Assembly: GCA_951406725.2 (NCBI GenBank)
Contig: OX597822.1
Location: 79,050,001 to 79,114,000 of the forward strand
DNA length: 64,000 nucleotides
Direction of reading: 5' to 3'
From: Octopus vulgaris
Taxonomy: Eukaryota
Shown: piece after piece, positions 36,597-49,865 of the stretch
Numbering within the stretch: the stretch's first letter is position 1
Layout of the letters: every line of letters starts with the position of its first letter
Translations under genes and position numbers: made by a program
Notes under the pieces: model-generated
Told to the model about the DNA's origin: nothing
Seen by the model: only the letters and a program-made list of their open reading frames with translations
Database searches by the model: none

Positions 36597-37024
36597 GACC
36601 GTATGACAGGCACCCATGCCAACCCCCCTTTGCTTGCGAAGACATGTTGGGGCAAGCGAAAGCGAAAGCGAAATCGAATTGAACCAGCCAGGATCCCTGG
36701 TCTGGTGGTACGTAAAAAGCACTATCCGACTCGTGGCCGATGCCAGCGCCACCTCGACTGGCTTCCGTGCCGGTGGCACATAAAATACACCAATCCGACC
36801 GTGGTCGTTGCCAGCCTCGCCTAGCACCTGTGCAGGTGGCACGTAAAAAGCACCCACTACACTCACGGAGTGGTTGGCGTTAGGAAGGGCATCCAGCTGT
36901 AGAAACATTGCCAGATAAGACTGGAGCCTGGTGCAGCCTTCTGGCTTCCCAGATCCCCGGTCGAACCATCCAACCCATGCTAGCATGGAGAACGGACGTT
37001 AAACGATGATGATGATGATGATGA
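36597..37024 (+). mobile_element. Young RTE LINE 3' UTR fragment inserted in a family D copy
   Basis: CpG-rich, three GCACGTAAAAAGCACC-type units, (GAT)n tail; family D sequence on both sides. Confidence 0.88.
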
Positions 37025-37398
37025 AGTCTTTTTGATAATGACTGATCTGGGGTTAAATGAAACTGTAACACCAACAGCAAAATCAACTGCATACTAACAG
37101 GAGTGAGCAAGAGGACATCTGCATAGTTGTTTCACTTGCACAATGTATCAGCCAACAAACAAAAGACATTTTTGTGGATAAAGGTGTCTTCTGACCATGA
37201 TAAATATTGACAGGCCTGGCTGTGTGGTTAAGAAGTTTGTTTCCTGATCACATAGTTTTCTGAATTCAGTCTCACTGTGTGGTAACTTGGGCCATGTGTC
37301 TTCTACTATAACTTTGAGTGGATTTGGTAGATAGAAATTGAAAGAAGTCCATTGTGTGTGGTGCGGTATAGTGTGTGTGTATATATATTATAATGATA

Positions 37399-37793
37399 GG
37401 CATAGGAGTGGCTGTGTGGTAAGCAGCTTGCTTATGAACCACATGGTTCCGGGTTCAGTCCCACTGCGTGGTACCTTGGGCAAGTGTCTTCTATTATAGC
37501 CACAGGCCGACCAAAACTTTGTGAGTGGATTTGGTAGATGGAAACTGAAAGAAGCCTGTCGTATATAAGTATATATATATGTATGTGTGTGTATATGTTT
37601 ATCCCCCCCAACATCGCTTGACAACTGATGCTGGCATGTTTACGTCCCCGTAACTTAGCGGTTCGGCAAAAGAGACTGATATTATAAGTACTGGGCTTAC
37701 AAAGAATAAGTCCTGCGGGTCGATTTGCTCGACTAAATGCAGTGCTCCAGCATGGCCACAGTCAAATGACTGAAACAAGTAAAAGAGTAAGAG
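37399..37793 (+). mobile_element. SINE family B, full length (preceded by a decayed head copy at 37210-37360)
   Basis: Same head, core and tail as 21800-22253. Confidence 0.9.
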
Positions 37794-38050
37794 AATTACT
37801 ATGAAGCATTGTGTAGAATATATTGTATAAAGGATTGTGAAGGCCAAAACAATGCAAAGTAAATGCAAAGTAAACCACAAGATAACAAATATGTGAATTA
37901 ATGTAGACTTACCTTGTATTTAATACTTTGGGGTTATGACCCCATTTTCAAGAAATAGATGAATGTTGCAGATGTGCTCACACACACACACACACACACC
38001 TTGCATTTACATTGCATTGTTTTGACCTTACCCACAATCCTTTATACAAT

Positions 38051-38084
<34 letters not shown>

Positions 38085-38988
38085 GTATATAGTGTGTGCA
38101 TGTGTGTGTGTACATGAGTATGAATGTGTGCATGTTTATGTTTCTTTGTCATGCAGATGTGTGACTGTTGTAAATGAATGTCACAGTCATACAAGCAATA
38201 TTATTCATTTCCAATATATTCTGTGAAAAATATTTGGCCATGGTGAAATATTAGTTTACTTGGAAAATAATTGGGGATAGGCAGCAGGAAGGGCATTTGG
38301 CCATAGAAAATCTACCTTAATAAAATCCATCTACCACATGCAAGCATGGAAAAGTGGACAATAAAACAATGAAGAGGAGGAGGAGGAGGAAGAGGAGGAG
38401 AAAGATGATATCAGTCATGTAGTGTTATCAAATTAGAAGGTTTATGGCTCTGATTTACTTTGTACCAATAAGAGACATATGTTTCACTACAACCTACGTA
38501 ACAGCTTTGTAAAGCTTTAGGGGTTCAGAAATAATACTTCGTGTTATTCAGTTACCACAAGGTAATATTCTTTATGATGTGATTTCAAATTCTGTCTAGG
38601 TCAACGTCACCTTTCATCCTCTTGAAGCTAATAAATTACATCCCAATCAGGTACTGAAGTTAATATAATTGATTTTACATATATAAAGCAGTGTTCTAAT
38701 GTGCACACAAAGCAATGACAAAAAGCAGTAAAATAAAATAGACATAGACAGATACATAAATATATTCTTAAACTTATTTAAGGTAAACTCACATTCATTG
38801 TATCTACATATGTATGCAGTTATGTGAGCATATGTGTATAATCACACACACACACACAACTGTGAGTGTGTGTATGTGTGAAGAAAACTCAGCTTGTGTG
38901 TGTGTCAAAGCACAGTTCCCACAAAGTCAAAGCATTAAGACAGAATAACAAAGCAACAATAATCTCCTGCTGAAAATTCCCCCAAGAG

Positions 38989-39012
38989 TTAATTAATTAA
39001 TTAATTAATTAA
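38989..39012. repeat. (TTAA)n palindromic tetranucleotide repeat
   Basis: Read directly from the sequence. Confidence 0.9.
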
Positions 39013-40403
39013 TAATGATAATCTAACGAAAAAGGTAAGTAGGAACAACAATAATGGCAAACAGTATGCCACTGCTGCCCTGATGTTCCTTGATCATATT
39101 TTCTCTCTCAAAGAAGCAATTTGCCGAGATTTCATGGCAGTCAAAAAGCTAAATAAGTGTAAATGGTTTAGCTGAAAGCCTTCGTGTTGAAATCCAGTGT
39201 TATTGTTCTCATCATCATCATCACCATCATCATTATTGTTAAGTGAAGCAGGAGAAAGAAAGCAAAGGAGCAATAGGAGTGTTATCAAACTGTGAATTCA
39301 TGTAACTAAACTGTGCAAATGATTTTAAGTCTTAGCATGCAACTTAGTGTAAATATTACTATTTACCAAGAGAGCGGGTAAGAGAGAGAGGGGGGGAGAA
39401 CAAGAGCTGGAGAGAGGCATATAAAGGTGTGCTTTCCATCTAAGAGTTAAAAGCGAAAACAAAAAAAGAAGGCTTAAAATGGATAACAATTTAAAAACTT
39501 CAATGGATAAGTTTTGTTAAGCAGGCCAAAAATAGGCATAGTGGGGTAGACAGGTATGGGAATGGAAGACAAATAAATTGATGGAAGGAATGGATAGATA
39601 TATGAATGGGTGAATGGGTGGGGGCTTAGATTGATGGCTGATTAGAGAGATAAATGAATGGATTGTTGGCTGCCTGGAGAGATAGAGAAATAGTAGAAAG
39701 GTATATTCCTGATATGATTATTGCTCTATCTTAAGAATCTCAAAATCCATTCACCACCCATCATCAATCCAGTCTTCTATATCTCTTGCACCCCTACCAT
39801 AGTTCCCTCTCCCACTCTTACTTTATCATCAACTTTCGCTATTCACTTTTTCCATTCCATTAGATTTTTAGCAATAAATTTTACTACCTCCTTCTTTTCC
39901 ACCTCACCTCTCTCTATCTCCAACTCTCATTTGGCATTCTATCACTACCTCAAGTCTCTCTCTCTCTCTCAAACACTCTCCTTTCTTTCTCTTATTAATA
40001 TGCATATCCTTTCTTTCTTGCTTGCCCTCACATACATTTCGCTTCTCACTCTTACACTCTTTTTCTCTTTCACACATCTTTGTCTCTTTCTATTGCTCTT
40101 TCAAACAATTAAACACACACACACACACACACACACATGCAGGATTACAAGCCCAGCCAAAGACATTACAAAATGTCAGCAATAGAAGATGGGAAGGTAT
40201 GATATAAGGCATATTTATTTACCAACTATTTTCAACATGTCAAGTGACTCTGTACATTGCCAACCTACAGGTTATCATTAGATTAAATGTTGGATAAAAT
40301 ACTTTCCCCAAAACTTTGTGAATTGACATAAATAAAATACAATTTTGGTGCAATTTTGATGCTTGCTCTGGACACCCATTTACTCAAGCTATGTCCCCTA
40401 TAC

Positions 40404-40478
<75 letters not shown>

Positions 40479-40854
40479 TCCAGTGCTATGTGGCTGTCAT
40501 CCAACACCCCACCCATCATGATGACTTTTTGGCATGGTATTTCTCATTCATGTTTTATTTCTGTGGCTTGTGTTTGTGTCCTGGAAGGATTAATCTCCAA
40601 GTCAAACTTAAGGAGATTTGATCACAAAATGATAAGTAAATATGATTGATACAACAGTTAATCCAATATTTTTCTATCAAAACCAACTCCTTTTAATTAA
40701 GAAAATAATGATGACAATGATGAAGATCAGAAGGGTGTGGATGAGGAGAAGATGGCGAAACTGTATTTTTTTAATCTTAAAAATCAAGTCAAATCTGCTA
40801 TTAGATATGTAAGGTTAATTACAATTCAAGCAACCCTATTAGGCTTTCAATCTA

Positions 40855-40917
<63 letters not shown>

Positions 40918-42424
40918 CACAAACTCACAAATTTGTCGACAAGGGTAAATGACTCACATTTAGAAACCAACTCATTAGGGAACTGATCTATCACAAGGAA
41001 GGGAAATCCTTTTGCAGCTTAAACCACCACCAAAACCAATGCCAACACCACCATTATTTCCCCTCATCACCCCACTCCACAGTTTGCACCCCCTCCTACC
41101 AACACTCCTGTCAAACTTACCCCCCTCTTCCATCATCAACTACTACCTCTGCTTACCAACAAGATTATTCACCAACACCAACAACTACTCTAAAAAACAT
41201 GAAAATCATTTACTCTCACCCCTTCCTTCCTCAAGCTGTCTCTTAACATCCCTAGTTTCCCCCCATCCTCCTGAATTTATTTGTAAATAAGGTAACATTC
41301 ATGGTTTTGTAAGTGCTTGGATATAGGGGTGAATGGCATGATGGTGAAAATGTGAAGTGATGGAACTTAGTGGGTGTGACAGGGTGGGAGAGTGAAGCTT
41401 CCTTTCAACTCTTCCTCATTATACAAACACTTCCATACATACATATATGCATGTATTCGACCATGTGTATAAACACAAGAGAAGCTCTCTTTCACATACA
41501 CATATAAACACAGAGCCAGTACTATATTCATGAGACTGGTGTAGAACTGTTGCCAAGAAACAAGGGAACCTCCACATCATAAAACACACTCTGCTAGAAA
41601 TAGCAGTCAAACATCTTATATTATACCCTATAGGAAGGATACACTGAACTGTTATGGCTGGAATATTTTTAATCTTGTGTGCGTGCATGCGTGTTTCTCT
41701 ATATTTTTAAAGTGGATACACCAATATAAGTTAATGCAGGTGTTTGTAGGTATCTCTGTATCTCTCTGTGTATGCATACAGATGAGTAATCTGGGGAGGG
41801 GTTATTCTTTTTTCTGTGCTTGTCAAAAATATGATGCTTCTGATTACCAGGATATTGTGAAAACAAAGAAAAACAAGCACAACAATATCAACACTGAAAT
41901 TGCTTCTTACACCACCTGCATTTTTTACTATAGAAAAACGATCAAGATTCACTTCTTCCCACTTGTCTGCCGGTTGCTAATTAGGAAAGAGTGGCAGTGG
42001 GATTGAAATGAGACATTCCAAAAGGAGGTGATGTAAATAGTGATGAAGATGGTGACAATAATGTGATGGTGGTGGTGGTGATGATTTCTTTTTACCAGGC
42101 AGCTGTAAACTTTTACAGATGGTTATGGTATATTTAATCTAACATTTTATTACTGGAATAAAATGTTTGTCCTTGTTTGTCCCCTCTGTATTTAGCCCCT
42201 TGTGGGTAGTAAAGAAATAGGTATTTATTTCACTAACTCACCCACAGGGTCAAAGAGCAAAGATAACCATGGTGAAATTTAATTAATCACCATTATAATA
42301 ATGATGATGATGATGGTGGTGGTGGTGGTGGTGGTGCTAACATCGACAATGCTAGTAGTGATGGTGAGATAGATGGGGGTACAAGTCAGCAGAAATTGAA
42401 GCTGTTATTATTAATATTATTATC

Positions 42425-42625
42425 AAGGCAGTTAGCAGAATTGTTAGCATGCCAGGGAAAATGCTTCACAGCACTTCATCTGCTTTTATGTTCTGAGTTA
42501 AAATACCACCAAGGTCAACTTTGTCTTTCATCCTTTCGCAATCAATAAAATAAGTACCAATTGAACTCTGGGATCAATGTGATCGACTTTCCCACCCCAC
42601 TGAAATTACAGACCTTGTGTTAAAA
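42425..42625 (+). mobile_element. SINE family A, decayed
   Basis: GGCAGTTAGCAGAATTGTTAGCATGCC...TTTCATCCTTTCG...AAGTACCAA. Confidence 0.8.
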
Positions 42626-42664
42626 TATTTTGTTAAAATATTGTGTTAAAATTATTATTATTAT

Positions 42665-42935
42665 TCATTAGTCTTATTTTTATCATGCGCTTTCACTGCA
42701 CTACTGAGCACAGTTATATGTGCCTTGGGCATGTGCTGTGGTTTGTTTTGATAATCTTATTTTCATTGTATTGAAAGTGTTTTACATAATATGTGTGCGG
42801 TGCCTAGTAGTGCTATTTTCTCTACGTGATATATATTCCTAAGTCCTGGTGTTTTTATGCATTAGACTGAATATTTTTTTATCATACCTAATGCACATGC
42901 TATGATAGGAAGTGTTTCTGGTTTTAGACTCCACA
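42665..42935 (-). mobile_element. R4/Dong-clade (restriction-like endonuclease) LINE 3' end inserted in (TAA)n
   Basis: Minus strand: WSLKPETLPIIACALGMIKK...PG....VEKIALLGTAHILCKTLSIQ*, matching the R4/Dong C-terminal pattern P(I/V)IVGALG...QK.ALLGTAHILR; (TAA)n on both sides. Confidence 0.8.
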
Positions 42936-43298
42936 TTATTATTATTATTATTCTTATGATTCTTATTATTATTATTATTATTAAGAATTGTTAATATTTT
43001 GGACTAGTAACATTTCTTCTGGCTCTTTATGCCTTGAGTTCACATTCCACTGAGGCTGACAATCAAGTACTAGAGTCAATGTTATTGACTAACCTTCTTC
43101 CCCTGGAATTATTGGTTTTGTGCTTAAATCAGAAACCATTATTATTATTATTATTATTATTATCATTACCATTATTATTAAAGCAGTGAACTGCCAAAAT
43201 CATTAGCACCTGGGAAAAATGCTTAGTAGCATTTCTTCCAGCTTTACATTCTGAGATCAGATGCTACAGAAGTTGACCTTACCTTTCATCTTTTCAGG

Positions 43299-43715
43299 AT
43301 CATCGTTTAACGTCTGTTTTCCATGCTGGCAAGGGTTGGACGGTTTGATTGGGGAGTGGCAAGCCAGGAGGCCGCACCAGGCACCAATCTGATTTGGCAA
43401 TGTTTCTACAGCAGGATGCCTTTTCTAACACCAACCACTCTGAGTGTAGTGGGTGCTTTTTATGTGCCACTGGCATGGGAGCCAGTCAAGCAGTACTGAC
43501 ATCAGCCATGCTTGGATGGTGCTTTTTACATGCCACTGGCACAGGAGCCAGTCGGGGTAAGGAGCCTGGCACTGACCACATTTGGATGGTGCACAGGAGC
43601 TAGTCGGGGCGAGGGGTCCAGCATTGATCACATTTGGATGGTGCTTTTTACATGCCACCAACACAGGAAGCCAGTCAGGAGGCACTGACAACGACCCATG
43701 CATGACTGGTGCTTT
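43299..43715 (-). mobile_element. RTE 3' UTR fragment inserted in a family A SINE (43180-43298 plus 43716-43760)
   Basis: The SINE core TTTCATCTTTTCAGG|ATC...|ATCAATAAAAT is split by the insert. Confidence 0.85.
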
Positions 43716-44452
43716 ATCAATAAAATAAATACCAGTTGAACACTGGGGTCAATGCAATAACCATTTTCATTTTCTATGAACAATGAGTTTTAATTAATTT
43801 TCTATATGAAAAATTAGCTTTGGTTAAAAAGTTAAAAAGAATGAACAAGGCAAAAAAAAGAGCAAATTTCTGTAATTGAAGGAATTTTACTTAACATTTT
43901 TAACCTTTAAACTGCTTAACAAGAGGACTAAACACATACAGAATTACATACTATTGCTATATGTTGTATTATTGAATTATTATTGCATAGTTATTTATTC
44001 CACTGGTTTGAAAAACTGCAACTATTTATAGATATATTTGTTACACTGGTTATGTCAAAGCAGCTGATGAGACCCAAAATATTTTATAGTCATGATCCTT
44101 TGCTCAGGCATGTCTCTATCTTTAACCTCAAAATTAGAGTCTGACTTTTTTCTTTATGTAGAATTAATTCTTTTGATGTATAGGTATATTACATAATTAT
44201 TCTAAGAAATTTATTTGATATATATTATGTATATATTGTGCATGCATGACTGCTTTTGTATTTGCGTATACAAACATTAGTCAAAAGACTACTGTGTATG
44301 TGAAGTTGAGTTTATTTGTATGTAGTCGGTTGTTCAGTCGACCAAAGAATGTGACAAAAGAAAATTCAAAGTAGCAACAAAGGGAAGTTTTAGCAGCTCC
44401 AACCGATTAAACACACACACACACACACACACACACAAAGTTAATATCATTA

Positions 44453-45065
44453 CAGGAGTATAGGCCTATGTGCATGCATGCCTGGATGCATACATATACA
44501 TAAATTCACACATTCTCACATATATGTATTTAGGTACTCACACAAATATTACTCATAAATGAGCATAGGTCTACATGCATGCATACACGAGAAGGTGTAG
44601 TGGGATGAGGGTAAAATTTCCAGTGTAATAAAGATGAGCGAGAGAGATGGAGATGGAGAGATGGAGAGAAAGTGATGGGGAGAGAGAGACGGGGAGAGAG
44701 AGATATAGGGAGAAAGAGAGATAGGGAGAGATGGGGGGAGAGAGATGGGGAGAGAGAGATAAGGGGAGAGAGAGATATAGGGAGAGAGAGAGATGGGGAG
44801 AGGTGGAGAGCGCACCTACATATTTGATGTATGTGTGCAGTCATGCATGTAGGCCAATGTCAATGCATGAATAGTATTTGTGTATATGGATATCTACACA
44901 CACATATATATCTGTGTGTATTTGAAATTATGTATATGTATGTGCCTGCATGTAGGCCTATGCTCATTAATGAATAATATTTGAGGACCTAGATACATGT
45001 ATGTGAACATGTCTGAAATTATATCTATGTATCCAGGCATACATGTACATAGGTCTATACTCCTG
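44453..45065. mobile_element. Fold-back/MITE with ~130-bp TIRs around a GA-rich tract
   Basis: 44453-44588 (CAGGAGTATAGGCCTATGTG...) is complementary to 44937-45065 (...ATAGGTCTATACTCCTG); flanks are TA/CA, a possible TA TSD. Confidence 0.8.
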
Positions 45066-48000
45066 CAACAGTTGGTCTTATACCTAAATAAACCAAAGGT
45101 AAGCTTTGAGTTTGATGGTTTGTGATTCCATTTCAGTTCTTAGTTTATTTCACAGAGCTTGCTAATACCAAAGAGAAAACTGATAGCATTCATACAACTT
45201 AGTCGCCGCCACCGCCACTGCCACTCTTCACTTCCATAAATTTATGGGATTGCATCTAAGTAAGATATATTTCCCCTTCTGCCACCTTCTCATCATCATC
45301 ATCTTCATCATTATCATTGCTATTTATTAAATTACCATTAATAATGATTATCTTGTTTCACTGGCTGTGATACAAAGTCTATTACATGAAGAAAATTCAA
45401 GATAAGAAATTACCTGCTTCTTAACTTTTCTTGTCATCTTCCTAATTTCCTCAATATTATCATTCTGTAATTTACACAAAATTGTTCATTGCCTTCACCA
45501 TCACTAATATTATCATTAACCTGTGAGCTTAACTGCATTCTGTTAGTGTTTGTGTTACTATCATCATCTCCATTGTCACTGATTCAATGAAAAATCCAAA
45601 AGTTTTCAGAGGCCATAGGTGCACTGCAAGGGATACAGCTCCCTCATTCCATCTACCTGAAACATCAGTCATTATCAATATCATAATAATGATTTCTCAC
45701 ATAGGGACAAAGACAGGAATTTAGTGGGAGGGAAACAGTTGATTATATTAACCCCAGTTGATTATATTGACTGAGAATATATCTTATTGAAACAATTGAT
45801 TATATTGACTGGGACTATATTTTTATTGATCTTGCCTCTAAGAAGGACAAAAGGCAAAGCAGACCTCAAACCCCACCAAGATCAACTTTGGTTTTATATT
45901 TCTAGGTTTGTTAAAATAAATTACTAAGTTTTCTGAGGTAATCTTTAATAGTGAGATGCCCTTACTGTCACCAATCTTCTTAGTCATCTTATGACACTCA
46001 ATGAAAACCAGTATACGCAATACATTTATTTCAATATATGCTCAAAATACCCATCTCCTTAATGTTTACATGAATTTTTAAACTTAATTTTTCCTGAAAG
46101 AATACAATTTTATGACATAATTTATGATACTTGCGATGTCATGTGAAGCTTTAAAAAGCTATTTCTTTTTCTTTTCACAATAAGTAAACTCTTCGCATCA
46201 ACCAGAATAGAAAGTTATATATTATCAGTTTGCACATGGCCTTTTAATTGACACTGGTATATATAATATATATATAGAGAGAGAGAGAGGAGATAGAGGA
46301 AGATGGACATATGTAAACTAAAGCAATAAAAGACTTGAGTCATTATAAACCTCTGTATTGTGACAGGTAGGTGATAGATACTATCTTTGAGCTGACACAC
46401 CAAATATTTCATGCCAATCAAATGGTATTATTATATTCTTAGCTTTGGTGAGAAATGCATGAAGGTGTGGAAAGAAGATAAGGAAGGGATAGTAAGTAAC
46501 ATTGACAAAGTATTTCCAATACAAATGAAAATAGAGAGAGAGAGAGAGAGTGTGTGTGTGTGTGTTTATACTATCTGAAAACAGATGGAGTGGTCATGGC
46601 TGAAAGGTCTTCTTGTTCAGGATTGATGTGGAAACTTAGTTCTGACATTATTTGATGGATGGTTGTAAATGAACATTACTGTCACACAAGTGATGTTGTT
46701 CATTTTGTCTTATATGGAAAAACATATCTGGTCAAGGGGACATATTACCATGCTTGGAAACAGATGAGGGTTGATGACAGAAGAGGTACCCACCCATAGA
46801 AAATCCACCTCGACACATACCATCTGACATATGCAAGCAAGAAAAGTGTATGTTAAACGATGATGATGGTGATAATGTATGAAACACTTCAGAAATTTTT
46901 TTTTGCATCAAGAACATCTCTACAGAGGCAAACAAAAGCGGAAATTATTTAATTAGTAACTACAATCATTATCATCATCATCATCATCATGTATTTAATA
47001 ATGCATCACCAAATGTACAATAAAATATCTGATAATGAAGCCTTTATAATGAGATTCTCTGCAGGTGATTTGAACACAAGATGTGTGAGTTGGCAGTACA
47101 ATACTGTATCCACTTGGCCATTTCAATAGTTCTGTATATTCAATCACTCTCTTTAGTCTTATCTAGTTTAGAAACCTTGTAAATTCTTATCAATTACAAA
47201 ACCTTCAGGTTCTTGCATGTATGTATGTGTGTACAAGTATATGTGCATGCATGCACGCATGTCTGTGTGTGTCAGGTACATGTGTGTAAGAGTAAGTATG
47301 TGGGTACAGGTGTCTAACATACACAAATGCATCGAAATATGACAATCTAGAGCAAGCACATACAGAGTAGATTTTACACTGCATACACAGACATATGTAT
47401 GCATACATATAAACATGTACACACATATACATGCATGCACACACACACATACATGCACGCACGCACAAAATTTAAAATGCTTGAAGGTGTAGAAAGTTAA
47501 TCAAGACTTTAGTAGGTTTCTTAATCAGATAACAGTAAACAGGTTTGGAGATGGCTAGAAAAAAAAACCCAACATTACAACTATGAAGGTATTACAGATA
47601 CAGTCCACACCACATGCACACAAACAGATATATGTACATACCCAAACAAAGCACATCTACTTGAATACATATATATGTATTATACACATACTCATGTACA
47701 TACATTCTCTGTAGGAAAGAAATTTGAAAACTAAAAGCTGATGTACATATATATATATATTCATACACATAAATTCATATATGAACCAGCATTCATTTAC
47801 ACACGCATACACACACACATTTGTGTATATAGTATACTGCTGTTCGTTTGCTGATAAGTTCAGTAAAATAAAGAACTCAATACATGTCAGAGTTATTAAT
47901 ATCTTATATACTGCATCATGTTTGAAACAAATGACTCATGATATGTGGAAGATGTCTGGCCTCATAGCATGAAACAAAGTAACTTGTTGCAAATAGGATA

Positions 48001-48836
48001 CTGTATTTAGTACACACACTCACACACACAGAAACATGTATATAAATGATATTCATACATATACATCTCTCATTATATAGCTAAATAGATTGATAGATAG
48101 ACATGTGTGCACGCCCACCCGCGCACACACACATATACATTTGAAAAGTATTTTTCTAATTAAAAAATATCTAAAACAATATCGTGAAAAAGGAAAGATG
48201 AATACAGATCTGAAGGAAGAATATTTTTATAAGTGCTTTCACTTTCTTCAGCTTTTCAAATACACATTGTATAAACTAAAGTTTTCTGTTGTCATCAATA
48301 TAATAGTAATTGTGTTCAGTAGCAGTTGTAATTCTTTCCAGTTTGAAGTTTGGAATGAAAATCTGCACATAGTATTTTTTTTTACTTTTCATAGCAGTTC
48401 ATTTTCTGCCTTTATTTTGAAAATGAGGAATATTTTGGATTTCCCATTCACACAGATACCTAAATGTTTAGCACGTGGGTCCTTGATTTCTTGTTTATGT
48501 ACCTTGGATGAAATACTGTAATTATGAAAGTTTCATGTAAAAAAAAAAAATCATAACTTTAAAATCTTAGCTAGTGGTTTCAAATATCACAGAAGATACA
48601 AGACAAGATATAAGCTATTTTATTCTGTTTCATACAAATTTGTAAATATTAATATCAAATCATGTATACTTGATGTGCTCTACCAATATTTGTATTAACA
48701 CCAGCACACAATTATATTACAATACAAAATATATAAATGGTATATATTCATTTATACATACATTTTGTTATAGAGTTCAATTAAATCAAACAAAGCCAAA
48801 TAATAATCTGATTCATAGAATGTAATACCCACCTTG

Positions 48837-49048
48837 TATCTGAAAAAAAGTTGGATTTCAAGTTTTTTAACCTGGAACCTCACCAACTGTTTTGTGTATT
48901 CTGAGGTGTTTGAAATGATATGTTAACTCCTTAAAATTATAGTTTTTAAATGCAGAACTTTCATAATGATAGTTTTCTGAACAAAACTTTACAACCATTA
49001 ACTTTTCAAATGCCAGGTTAAAGAGTTGGAATCCAATTTTTGCAGATA
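48837..49048. mobile_element. Small MITE with ~37-bp imperfect TIRs
   Basis: TATCTGAAAAAAAGTTGGATTTCAAGTTTTTTAACCTGG versus CCAGGTTAAAGAGTTGGAATCCAATTTTTGCAGATA. Confidence 0.65.
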
Positions 49049-49181
49049 AAAATTAACTTACGATCTCTCTTTCTCTCCCATAAATACATACAAAATCTAC
49101 ACACACATGTATGCATATATAGTGATGGACACACACATACCTAAATATGTAAATTTTTTCATCTTAGTTCATCCATCTTTA

Positions 49182-49221
<40 letters not shown>

Positions 49222-49671
49222 ACACACATGTGCTTCTGTGCTTCAGTTAGCTCTGCTTTGACTACTCAAGAATTTCATATTTTTCACATTCTCTGCATCT
49301 TTGAGCAAATATATAATTAAAATGCTGCTGTATGTAATTATAAAGATATAATTAAAATGGCAGACATAAGATTATTAAAGACATCTGGCCATGACCATCT
49401 TGTCTTTTTTAGTAATAATGAATCTAGGATGAAGTTACATAATGTCGTCATCATCATCAACATTCATTCCTTAACATCTGTTTTAAATTATGATAATGGT
49501 GATGTCCTTCCAATTTTTTCAAGACAATAAGGAATGATCGAGGCAATTTAGTTACTATTTTTAGCAAACTGACTGACTAAGTAGAAGCATGTTTAACTTG
49601 TTTTGTGTTTGTCAATTGTTGATGTTTTACTTATAAGTTAGCTATGTGAGAGCAGTTTTATTATTCTAACA

Positions 49672-49865
49672 TGCAGGTGGCACGTAAAAAGCACCCACTA
49701 CACTCACGGAGTGGTTGGCGTTAGGAAGGGCATCCAGCTGTAGAAACATTGCCAGATTAGACTGGAGCCTGGTGCAGCCTTCTGGCTTCCCAGAACCCCG
49801 GTCGAACCGTCCAACCCATGCTAGCATGGAGAATGGACGTTAAACGATGATGATGATGATGATGA
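49672..49865 (+). mobile_element. Young RTE LINE 3' UTR fragment
   Basis: Differs from 36831-37024 at only 4 positions; (GAT)n tail. Confidence 0.9.

Noticed and set aside
39094-39288. ORF MITLLLLLCFLSPASL... as the signal-peptide exon of the ADAM-like gene
   Set aside because: It starts at TTG with an in-frame stop just upstream, has no ATG start for the hydrophobic stretch, and no suitable phase-1 donor follows it; the hydrophobicity comes from a pyrimidine-rich tract.
47055-47125. Plus-strand CTCTGCAG|GT acceptor-like site followed by the frame GDLNTRCVSW
   Set aside because: The frame is short with no convincing donor; it is more likely a decayed LINE endonuclease GDFN motif, too weak to annotate.
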